Below are positions 24,936 to 32,722 of a DNA stretch of 34,406 bases, one piece after another. The stretch lies in the IMG/VR virus record IMGVR_UViG_3300044513_000108, positions 1 through 34,406 of that record, one strand, 5' to 3'. The first letter of the stretch is position 1. Each line of letters opens with the position of its first letter. A model generated the notes under the pieces. It saw only the letters and a program-made list of their open reading frames with translations. It ran no database searches and had not been told where the DNA came from. The stretch is from a virus (Duplodnaviria; Caudoviricetes). The position numbers and the translations under genes were made by a program.

Positions 24936-25322
24936 TTAAGCTGCGGTGATGTCCATATCACCAATTGCGATTTTCAAGATGTCGCCAGTCTCAATGACTT
25001 TGCTTGCAGTCAATGCGCCGTGGATCAGCAGATTGCCTGAAGTCGAAGCATCAAAAATGCCAAAGTGGCTAACCGTACCCCAAGAGCCTGTGGCCGCATT
25101 GAACTCAACAGCCGCGTCGTTTGATGCGGTGCCAGAGGCGGCAGCGCCAAAGCTGATGCTCTCGCGGGCATAGTTGTTGCCGGTCAGTTCAGTGCCGCTG
25201 TTATCGTCATTAAACGATCCGGTTGATAGACCAACGTAAACTGTGGTCGGCATTGTATATGCGCCGGTTCCAAGGATGTGGTCGAGAATTTCGTTTTCGA
25301 GATAGTCACTCATTGCAGACAT
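24936..25322 (-). CDS. Virion structural (tail/decoration) protein
   Basis: MSAMSDYLENEILDH...YVGL.T...E..G..YAR...WGTVSHFGIFDA...GNLL pattern is a widespread phage structural family. Confidence 0.7.
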   Translation of the reverse strand: MSAMSDYLENEILDHILGTGAYTMPTTVYVGLSTGSFNDDNSGTELTGNNYARESISFGAAASGTASNDAAVEFNAATGSWGTVSHFGIFDASTSGNLLIHGALTASKVIETGDILKIAIGDMDITAA

Positions 25323-25325
25323 AAT

Positions 25326-25970
25326 TTAAGTCCCCGCTGCTTGCGATTGCCGTTGATAAATGCTGCTGATTTGCAGCGAGCCTGTGCCGTAGTGGGCGCG
25401 TTGATTGTCAACCTTGATCTGCGCCAAAGCCTTATCGAAGCGAGCCATATACTGAGACGCCCTAGCCTCATCGAGCAGGTAGGCATAAGCCTCAGCTAGT
25501 GCGCCGTAAAGGTAGGCGTCTGGCGACCGGCTCAGAATTGTGTTTGTGAGGTTTGCCGCAGACAGCGCCTCAATTGACCCAATGTAAATAATTTCCACTT
25601 CATAGGTTGCATCAGGCACAGGGCGCAACTTCATCTCATCGCCCACAATGCTGTAGCCCTTTGGCTTGCCGCCACCCTCTGATGCGTATTGCTCATCCAG
25701 CGCGACAGGGCTGTAGTATCTCAGAACGGTCAGCGGTGCGGTATTTAGCTTTATCTCGCGAACCTCACGCAGATCGGTCGGCAGCGCAAGGTACTCATTA
25801 CCCGACACAGTGTTTGCAGTTACTCGCTTTTCCTGACTGCGTGTCTCCAGCTCTCGGCTCATAGTGGCCTCAGCCAGCGCAATAAAGTCAGGGATTTGCG
25901 CGGTAAGATCGTCACGCGCCAAGAAGTTGGCTATGGATGTCTGCAAATCTGTGTAAGTCGCAATCGCCAT
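25326..25970 (-). CDS. Head-tail adaptor protein
   Basis: TY.DLQ..IA.FL.R.DLT..IPDFI.LAE, P.PD..Y and PD.YLYG.L.EA motifs. Confidence 0.75.
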   Translation of the reverse strand: MAIATYTDLQTSIANFLARDDLTAQIPDFIALAEATMSRELETRSQEKRVTANTVSGNEYLALPTDLREVREIKLNTAPLTVLRYYSPVALDEQYASEGGGKPKGYSIVGDEMKLRPVPDATYEVEIIYIGSIEALSAANLTNTILSRSPDAYLYGALAEAYAYLLDEARASQYMARFDKALAQIKVDNQRAHYGTGSLQISSIYQRQSQAAGT

Positions 25971-26290
25971 TATAGGTTCCCGCCGCCTGTCCTGAAGTCT
26001 CTGTTCTCGCTACTGTTCAGCCAAGCCTTCCAAGCCTTAGGGTTTTGTGCTGGCGGGCCTAGTGTCTCTAGCAGGTGATTATACACGACATTTGGGATTT
26101 CCGCCACATGCTGTACATGACGCTGCGTATTGACGGTCATGTTTGGGCGGTAGTCGTTATTCATCTGCTTGTTAATCTTAATCAGATCGTCGAACCGCTG
26201 CGTCGTCTCAATGACAGTGGAGCCGTCATTGTTCTGGTTCATGTACACATCTTTTTTGGTGTATGGGTCTGTGTATAAAACGCGCTTCAT
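25970..26290 (-). CDS. Conserved hypothetical protein downstream of capsid gene
   Basis: HVAEIP..V...WLN..ENR.FRT..G motif. Confidence 0.7.
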   Translation of the reverse strand: MKRVLYTDPYTKKDVYMNQNNDGSTVIETTQRFDDLIKINKQMNNDYRPNMTVNTQRHVQHVAEIPNVVYNHLLETLGPPAQNPKAWKAWLNSSENRDFRTGGGNL

Positions 26291-26304
26291 ATTTCTTCCC
26301 TTGT

Positions 26305-26334
26305 AAAATAGAGGGGGCAGTCGCCCGCCCCCTC
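26305..26334 (-). terminator. Rho-independent terminator after major capsid gene
   Basis: Minus strand GAGGGGGCGG-GCGA-CTGCCCCCTC followed by TATTTT. Confidence 0.75.
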
Positions 26335-26341
26335 AGTTTTA

Positions 26342-27289
26342 TTACAATCCGTTAAGATCGAAGATTGCAGCGTGCGCCTTAGGGGCGGTCGGCTTCAATG
26401 CCCACTCCGAAATCAGGTGGCTAGTTTTTGCGTCGCCGTCCTGACTTAACTCCTGCTCAAGGAAGTTACGTCCGTTGAGTGTAGCGATTGACACAAAGTT
26501 TGGATCAATCAAGAACACACGGTCGTTACTCATAAAGCGAGATGGTACAGCCTGCACAGTGCCGAAATCTGTCAAGAAAACACTGGTAGACCCGACGTAT
26601 GTGACTTCCTTAGCGGCAGTCATGTTTACGTCGTTAGACACAAGGTTGCCAGAGGCTGACAGGTCTGAGAAGTTTGCACGGTTTGTGGCCGATGCAATCA
26701 TTAGCTCAGGCTTGCCGCCCTCTGTCCACGCATCCTGCATCCCATCCTCAATCAAGGCGAGGGTCAATGGGCGAGCAGTACCAGCGCTGATGGCGTCTGT
26801 TCCGTCACCTGTGGCAAACGCACCAGACGCACCGACTGAACCGTTTGTGATCCAGCAAGACAGTGACGCTGACTTGCGTGGGTCTGAACCGTCGCGTGCA
26901 ACGTCTGTGTCACCGATTGACTTTTCGATATCACGACGCAGCTCAAGTGCCTTCAGCACCTTCTGGTAGTTATGCTCACGCTCACGCCCGGCTGAATCAA
27001 CAGCATCGAGTGTGCCTGATGTGGCAAAAACCTTCTTACTGATCTGGTGGTAGTTACCGATCCGTGAAGTTGGTGTAGCCGCAGCAGTCGCGGTGGTTGC
27101 ACCTTCATTGTGGTAGTTAGTGGCGCTGGCGCTTGCCAAGTCCTGAACTTGCCATTCAACGAAGATTCCGTTTGAAGTTTCTTTTTTCACATTGGAAAAA
27201 ATTGGAGTTTCTGCCGGATCAATCCGGTAGATGATGTCAGCGAGCTGCTCTTTTTCGCCCACTGCGTTTTGTGTTGTGAACACGGCCAT
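26342..27289 (-). CDS. Major capsid protein (DUF5309/SU10-like, HK97 fold)
   Basis: E.L.D.IY.I.P.ETP, EWQ..DL, NY.QI..K, ELRRDIE, TDFG and E..L motifs. Follows the scaffold gene and precedes a terminator. Confidence 0.85.
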   Translation of the reverse strand: MAVFTTQNAVGEKEQLADIIYRIDPAETPIFSNVKKETSNGIFVEWQVQDLASASATNYHNEGATTATAAATPTSRIGNYHQISKKVFATSGTLDAVDSAGREREHNYQKVLKALELRRDIEKSIGDTDVARDGSDPRKSASLSCWITNGSVGASGAFATGDGTDAISAGTARPLTLALIEDGMQDAWTEGGKPELMIASATNRANFSDLSASGNLVSNDVNMTAAKEVTYVGSTSVFLTDFGTVQAVPSRFMSNDRVFLIDPNFVSIATLNGRNFLEQELSQDGDAKTSHLISEWALKPTAPKAHAAIFDLNGL

Positions 27290-27306
27290 TGTTTTGTTCC
27301 TTCGGG

Positions 27307-28332
27307 TTATCTACCCATTAAAAGTTGTACAGCAGCGTCAACGGTGCCAGCCTTTTCAAACTGTTCACGCGCCTTCCGCTTAGAACGATTAGCAACTTCG
27401 CGCTTGGTTGCCGGTTGCCCTGCCTTGGCCATCTTCGGTGCTTGGCGAGTGCGCTTTTTGGTTGTGGGTTTCTTTTCCATTAGATTGTCCCACTTCCACG
27501 CTTTATAGAGAAGCTCAATCGCGCGTGCATCTGACGCCGATGAGATTTCTTCCTCGCTAAACCCGACACGCCTCTGCGCGTACTTAATGACTTCTTTGCG
27601 TTCAAACTCGCGGGTCTCGTCATTTTTCCACTCAGGTATGCGCTCAAGCATTTCGACACGTTGGTTAGTGAGGTGCTGCTTTAATTGCGCCTCATGCTCC
27701 TGTGCCTGCTGTTGGGCAATTCTCTGACGCTCTGCTGCAACTTCGTGGGCTTGCTTTTGTTGCTTATCCCACTCTGTCTTGGCAAAGAAAATGTCGTCAG
27801 TCGAATAGCCCTCATTCTTCAAGGCTGCCCAGTCAGGTTCCTCAGTGAGGCTTGTCTGCTGGAGTTGGGCTTGCAGTAACTCAAGTTGCTGCGCGTAAGC
27901 GTCTCGGAGCTGTTTTGTCTCTGCCGCCTCAGCAGCAAATGCCTTGCGTTGCTCGGCCAGTTCCATTGATCGCTTAGTAAATGCCTCCTGACGCTGATAA
28001 CCCTTGAGGGCTTCTTCAAGGTTAACTTCCACTTCCCTGCCATCCACCTTTACGGTGTAGAGCTTTTCGGCGGGTTCCTCGTTGTAGTCCTCATCGTCAT
28101 CATCGTCTTCGTAGGCATCTTCGCCGTCATCAGCCTCATCATCATAGTCGTCATCCTCGGGGGCGTCCTGCGCCTGATCTTCGGATGAGACTTGCGCCTC
28201 GGCTTCGGGCTGTTGAGGCTGATCTTCAGCCTCATTTCGCTCATCTGTAACGGTGTCCTCGATGGGAGTGTTCAGAAGGCTAATTGCATCATTCATTGAA
28301 ATTGCGTCGGTTCCATTAGGAGTATCGACCAT
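27307..28332 (-). CDS. Capsid scaffolding protein
   Basis: Very acidic N-terminus, YTVKVDG.E.EV.LEE..KGYQRQ..FT and coiled coil. Confidence 0.8.
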   Translation of the reverse strand: MVDTPNGTDAISMNDAISLLNTPIEDTVTDERNEAEDQPQQPEAEAQVSSEDQAQDAPEDDDYDDEADDGEDAYEDDDDDEDYNEEPAEKLYTVKVDGREVEVNLEEALKGYQRQEAFTKRSMELAEQRKAFAAEAAETKQLRDAYAQQLELLQAQLQQTSLTEEPDWAALKNEGYSTDDIFFAKTEWDKQQKQAHEVAAERQRIAQQQAQEHEAQLKQHLTNQRVEMLERIPEWKNDETREFERKEVIKYAQRRVGFSEEEISSASDARAIELLYKAWKWDNLMEKKPTTKKRTRQAPKMAKAGQPATKREVANRSKRKAREQFEKAGTVDAAVQLLMGR

Positions 28333-28344
28333 AATATGTCTACC

Positions 28345-28629
28345 TTATCTCTTGTTAAAAGTGGCTCGCCGCTTGAACTCATCAAGCTGAGATTGAGCCA
28401 TCTTACCATCCGATATCACCGTTTGAAAATACCCCTTTAGGGCATCAAGGTTTTGGCTTAATTGATAAATTCTCTCACGGTCTTCGACCTCACTGATGCC
28501 GCTAGACCGCCACGCTTGTATAAATTGACGCTCCAGATAATCAAACGCCTCAGTTAATAATTCATTCCGCAGCAGCGCCTCTGCCTTTTCAGCGCGTGCA
28601 ACGGCCTCCCTTGCCTTGCCTTCGTTCAT
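28345..28629 (-). CDS. Small conserved head-region protein
   Basis: 94-aa helical ORF (A..LL.N.LL.EAF...W......RE). Confidence 0.7.
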   Translation of the reverse strand: MNEGKAREAVARAEKAEALLRNELLTEAFDYLERQFIQAWRSSGISEVEDRERIYQLSQNLDALKGYFQTVISDGKMAQSQLDEFKRRATFNKR

Positions 28630-28636
28630 GTTTTTC

Positions 28637-29788
28637 CTAACTTAGTAACGTGTAGCCTGTCGTCGGATATGGCTGGTCAAAATATTCTGGGCGATATGCG
28701 CCTTGGCGTCTAAACGCGGTATTGGCCGCAGCAAAGTCTGCTGGCGAACCAAAGCCAGTGCCGTATTGCTGCTGGAACTGTGGAAGCCCTGTCGGGGCAA
28801 CGTCTAGCAGACCCATACGCGCATACGCGTCACCGGGCTGGCCAAATGCGCCTCCGCCTGCTGCCGCTGACGCCTGATAGCCTGTGTCTAGGCGACAAGC
28901 CTGCAAGTCCTCGTCGAACATATAGCCCTCATCGCATTGGCCGGTCTCTGGGTTTACTGGCTTGATTTCTGGGCCGCCATCATCTCTGCCGCCGTCTGGG
29001 CGACTGCCCTCACCAAAACCTGTGTAGACTGAGCGCAAAGCCAAATCTTCTTCAGTCATAGGTGGGCCAAGCAGCATATCAGTCAAGCCAACAATTCCTG
29101 CGCCTAACATATTTAAACCGGGGAATGGAGACCCGCCCGGTGGGCCGTAAAACCCTGTCACGCGACCCTTTGGCCCAAACTCAAAGTTATATGCGCCAGC
29201 CTTGTTGTACGCGTCTCGCATATAGCCGGGCATAGAATTGAATTGCGCCCTTGTTAAACCGGCTAGGCTTCTAGGGCCACCCCTAGCGACACCGAGATTA
29301 TTTATAGCTTGTGACGTTAGGTCGTATGATATTGGGCTAAACGCGAAGTCAGCGGCGGTCATAGATGAGTTTGTGAAAGGGTTGTCCATAGTGCCGCCGC
29401 CATATTGCGCTATGCTATCGGCAAGTGCTTGTTGTGCGCTTGCTCTAGCTTCAGCTAAGTCAGATGCGCTAACACTTACTGAAGAAAACGCCTCATCATC
29501 ACTACCACCGCCTTGGCCAGCGTCATTGTTGTCATCATTACCTCCGCTATTCGCGCCACTAGCGCTGCCAGCGCCACCACTATGATCGCCAGAGCCAGAA
29601 GCACCGCCAGACCCACCCGGGCCGCCGCCGCCTCTATCAAAAGCAGGAATACCCATAGGGCCAGCATTACCGCTACCGCCGTTATCCATAAGCATCTGCG
29701 CTTCTTCGGGGGTAATGTAGGCTAGTAGGTGATCTTGGCCGCGAATAGTTGTGTTACGCGGCGGCATGATTTTGTTCATCTTGGCCAT
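28637..29788 (-). CDS. Gly/Ser-rich putative internal virion protein
   Basis: HLLAYITPEEA..L...GGSG..GP.GIPAF N-terminus, low-complexity linker and a Cys pair motif. Confidence 0.65.
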   Translation of the reverse strand: MAKMNKIMPPRNTTIRGQDHLLAYITPEEAQMLMDNGGSGNAGPMGIPAFDRGGGGPGGSGGASGSGDHSGGAGSASGANSGGNDDNNDAGQGGGSDDEAFSSVSVSASDLAEARASAQQALADSIAQYGGGTMDNPFTNSSMTAADFAFSPISYDLTSQAINNLGVARGGPRSLAGLTRAQFNSMPGYMRDAYNKAGAYNFEFGPKGRVTGFYGPPGGSPFPGLNMLGAGIVGLTDMLLGPPMTEEDLALRSVYTGFGEGSRPDGGRDDGGPEIKPVNPETGQCDEGYMFDEDLQACRLDTGYQASAAAGGGAFGQPGDAYARMGLLDVAPTGLPQFQQQYGTGFGSPADFAAANTAFRRQGAYRPEYFDQPYPTTGYTLLS

Positions 29789-29790
29789 CT

Positions 29791-31875
29791 CTATGCCCTC
29801 GGTAGGTTGGTTGATATTTCGGCGTCAGTGACTGCCTTGGCGACACGCAGTTCAGCCTCAGCTTGCAGCTCCTGCTGGCGCATCTGCAATTCCATCTGCA
29901 TCTTCTCGCGCTCCATCTGAAGCTCGGCCTGCATCTTTTCACGCTTCAGCGCAATGTCAGCCTCAGCCTTTTGCTGCGCGATCTGGATGTCAGCCTGCGC
30001 CTTCTGCTGTTCTAGCTGCAAAAGCTGCTGCATCTGCTGCTGCTCAGGCGTGGCCTGCTGCTGTTGACCGGCTGCCTGCTGTTGCTTGACCGCCATAAAC
30101 TGCGTGACTTGCTCAGGCGAGTTAAAGAACAGGTTGCTATCCTTAAAGCCGCCAACCTCAGTGATTGAGCGCAGGGTGTTAACGTACTGCTGCGCCGTCA
30201 CAAGTGGGTTGTCCTGACCTAGCTGCATCAGGATTTGCTCTTGCTTTGATGCGATCTGCGTCAGGAAGGCAATTTTTGTCTCATCGTCAGTCGTGCCTAA
30301 GCCAACCTGCACGACAGTGTCAAACTGAGATGACCATTCGGCTGGGTTGATCGGCACAAACTGATTGCGAAGGCGCACGATCTTTTCTTTGTTATCGTGC
30401 TTTAGAACCAAGTGCAGGATGCCCTTAAACAGCGCCTTGACGCCTGTCTCCGCCATTGTCCTTGCATATGACTCCAACTTGACCTGAGCGCCGCGCACGG
30501 TCGCTGAGACTGCGCTGGCGGTGCTTGACTGTAGGCTGTTAGCGTCAAGCCCCTGAGATGCACGGCTCATCCCGGTTCTCTGCTCTTTTACTGTATCCAG
30601 ATAATCCATCAGCGGGCGGATTTCTCCGCCTACGGATGCGCCGGTCAGGGCTTGTATCATGCCCGGTTGGCGTGTACGGATTACGCCGCCGGGTGAGCCG
30701 TCCAATAAATCATCAAGATTCACCTGTCCCTCGACCGCAGCAATGCGTGGCAGGGTAGATGAGTAGACGCTGTCGAGGTACTGACGCATCAGCGTTGACT
30801 TAATGACCTGCAAGTCCTCGGTCATGTCAAATATGCTGCGGCCAATCAGGCGGTGCGGCATCATAATAGGCGACACGCACGCAAACGGAATATGGTCAAA
30901 CGGCTCATTGTGCAAAATGTGCTTGCCCTCAGCGCCAATAGCGCAGACGCGGCGACGCTCGGCAATGCCGTCGCCGTCGTAGTCCATTTTGATAATGCAC
31001 TCATAGTAAGGCACAGACCGCAGTGTCGGGTCTGCCGCATCGACCGGCATTGACGATTCAAGGTCTTGAAATCTGTTGCTGACCTCGCGGTCGGTGTCCA
31101 GCTCATTCTCGCCAGCGTACTGCTCGACTTCCTCGCGGTCATAGCCCATAGCCACAAGGTCTGAGACGGTCATGTTGGTGCGGTGCGCTATGAAGTTTGC
31201 GTCGTCAAGCGAAGTCGCGTGGCGAGAAACCAAAAACTCCTCAGGCGGGATGTTGATGACCTTGATCTCACCTTCTTCGCGCTTGATGCGTACAGTCAAA
31301 TCATATTCAGAGCGCAGGTCTTCGGTCTCGCCGGTCTCGTCGTCATACATGCTCTCAACGACGGTCTCTGTCTGAGACACAAGCTCGACAGTTGGATCGT
31401 TCAAAAGCATTGTCAGTTCTTCTTCTGACAGGCCGCTATATTCTTCCTCGTCAACTTCCTCGCGTGTCTCGTAAAAGAACTTCACGACACCCAAACGGAA
31501 TAACAGCGCATCCTTGAAAAACGTGTGCAGGATTTGATAGCCGGGGTTCTGGGTGTTAAGCACATAATTGACGTAATCCGAGGCTTGCTCGGCGGATTCC
31601 ATATCCTCGGCAGTACGCGGGCTGAAGCGAACATATTTGTCGTTGGTCGTAAACACCCGCATCAAATTAGGCATGATGGCCTCGACGGTGTCGGCAACCT
31701 CAGTGGCAATCACTGTCGAGCGACCGTCTACCTCGTTTCCGAGTGGCTCGCCCAAGTACATGTCCAAGGCGCGGAGGCGGTCGGTCGTGTACTCGTTGTC
31801 GAAGTGATTGAGCGCGTCGGTGATCTCACCAGACACGATGCTGCCCAATTGTTCGTCGTCCATCTTTTTAGCCAT
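29791..31875 (-). CDS. Portal protein (P22-like, with C-terminal Gln-rich barrel)
   Basis: YLGEP.GNE..GRS, EQASDYVNY, FKDALL, PPEEFL and TGMS..SQG motifs with a C-terminal coiled coil. Start placed at MAKKMDDEQL. Confidence 0.88.
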   Translation of the reverse strand: MAKKMDDEQLGSIVSGEITDALNHFDNEYTTDRLRALDMYLGEPLGNEVDGRSTVIATEVADTVEAIMPNLMRVFTTNDKYVRFSPRTAEDMESAEQASDYVNYVLNTQNPGYQILHTFFKDALLFRLGVVKFFYETREEVDEEEYSGLSEEELTMLLNDPTVELVSQTETVVESMYDDETGETEDLRSEYDLTVRIKREEGEIKVINIPPEEFLVSRHATSLDDANFIAHRTNMTVSDLVAMGYDREEVEQYAGENELDTDREVSNRFQDLESSMPVDAADPTLRSVPYYECIIKMDYDGDGIAERRRVCAIGAEGKHILHNEPFDHIPFACVSPIMMPHRLIGRSIFDMTEDLQVIKSTLMRQYLDSVYSSTLPRIAAVEGQVNLDDLLDGSPGGVIRTRQPGMIQALTGASVGGEIRPLMDYLDTVKEQRTGMSRASQGLDANSLQSSTASAVSATVRGAQVKLESYARTMAETGVKALFKGILHLVLKHDNKEKIVRLRNQFVPINPAEWSSQFDTVVQVGLGTTDDETKIAFLTQIASKQEQILMQLGQDNPLVTAQQYVNTLRSITEVGGFKDSNLFFNSPEQVTQFMAVKQQQAAGQQQQATPEQQQMQQLLQLEQQKAQADIQIAQQKAEADIALKREKMQAELQMEREKMQMELQMRQQELQAEAELRVAKAVTDAEISTNLPRA

Positions 31876-32026
31876 TTTTTCTTGCACCTTTTGCCGCGCG
31901 TTTTGGCGCACGCTTAACCTTGGTCGCCGTCTCTGGCGTGTCGCCATTATCGCACACTTCCGCCTTTGGTTCTAGCGGGGGCTGCGGGCGTCTTATCCGG
32001 CCAATAATCGGGCGTCTGATGTTCAA
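31868..32026 (-). CDS. Small basic protein (52 aa, TTG start)
   Basis: Not in the track. MNIRRPIIGRIRRPQPPLEPKAEVCDNGDTPETATKVKRAPKRAAKGARKNG. TTGA overlap with the upstream stop; its own stop overlaps the portal start. Confidence 0.5.
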   Translation of the reverse strand: MNIRRPIIGRIRRPQPPLEPKAEVCDNGDTPETATKVKRAPKRAAKGARKNG

Positions 32027-32235
32027 TGCATCTTTGCCTTTTTGATGATCTTCTTGACCGCAGTCTTGATTGGAGCGCCACGCTTGCCAGCAGTCTCGAC
32101 TGTACCCTTGCTGGTTTGCACAAATTTCGACGGAGCTGGCTCAGGCGTCATGTCCGGCATTGCGTTCTTTCCCTGAATACAACGCTGCTTGATTTCGCAG
32201 CGGCCACGATATGGGCAGTTATCACAAACGATCAT
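32023..32235 (-). CDS. Small Cys-cluster/basic protein
   Basis: CDNCPY..RC....RC followed by a Lys-rich tail. ATGA coupling. Confidence 0.6.
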   Translation of the reverse strand: MIVCDNCPYRGRCEIKQRCIQGKNAMPDMTPEPAPSKFVQTSKGTVETAGKRGAPIKTAVKKIIKKAKMH

Positions 32236-32387
32236 GCTTTGGCCTTCTTTCTCTTTTTTGCGGTTTTCGCCGCAGCCTTAAAGGCCGCAGCCGTGGGCGC
32301 ACCCTTGGCTCCGACTTTCCTCATTTTCTCACCGCTACCCGCCTTAATGCGTGCGCGTTTCTTGGCGATATTTCCGTAAAGCGACAT
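32232..32387 (-). CDS. Small highly basic protein (51 aa)
   Basis: Not in the track. MSLYGNIAKKRARIKAGSGEKMRKVGAKGAPTAAAFKAAAKTAKKRKKAKA, coupled at both ends. Confidence 0.75.
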   Translation of the reverse strand: MSLYGNIAKKRARIKAGSGEKMRKVGAKGAPTAAAFKAAAKTAKKRKKAKA

Positions 32388-32458
32388 CAGCAGTATTTAC
32401 CGAGAACCTGCTTTGCGCCGCCCGACTTCTTGCCGCCGTTTTTCTTACCGTATCCCAT
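32387..32458 (-). CDS. 23-aa basic micro-protein
   Basis: Not in the track. MGYGKKNGGKKSGGAKQVLGKYC with AGGAG SD and TGATG coupling to the next gene. Confidence 0.6.
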   Translation of the reverse strand: MGYGKKNGGKKSGGAKQVLGKYC

Positions 32459-32467
32459 AGCTAACTC

Positions 32468-32722
32468 CTAACATTTCCATCTTGCCCTAGCTGCCTTGCC
32501 GCGTGGGCCAGTCCAGCTCTTTGATCTGGCGCAAAAACTCTTGCGCCGCTTTGCGTCTGCGCTACCGGCTTTGACTTTGCCGGTCACAGGTGCCTTTAAT
32601 TTTGAGCCTGTTGCTCGGTTGTATTTTGCACGACCCTTCGCAGTAAGTCCACCACCAGCCTTGACCGACTGCTTTTCACCACGTCCGACTGATAGGTTGA
32701 CGCTTTTCTTGCGTGGGGGCAT
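32468..32722 (-). CDS. DUF6321-like small basic protein
   Basis: GGLTAKGRAKYNRATGSKLKAPV...RRKSFCAR...RWKC. Confidence 0.75.
   Translation of the reverse strand: MPPRKKSVNLSVGRGEKQSVKAGGGLTAKGRAKYNRATGSKLKAPVTGKVKAGSADAKRRKSFCARSKSWTGPRGKAARARWKC

Noticed and set aside
28080-28160. TCATCG/TCGTCA repeats
   Set aside because: These are codons for the poly-Asp/Glu tract of the scaffold protein.
29860-30090. CTG/CAG-rich repetitive tract
   Set aside because: It simply encodes the Gln-rich coiled-coil barrel of the portal.
31876-31947. N-terminal Arg-rich extension of the portal in the ORF track
   Set aside because: Better explained by the overlapping 52-aa gene in another frame. The portal likely starts at 31875 or 31863.
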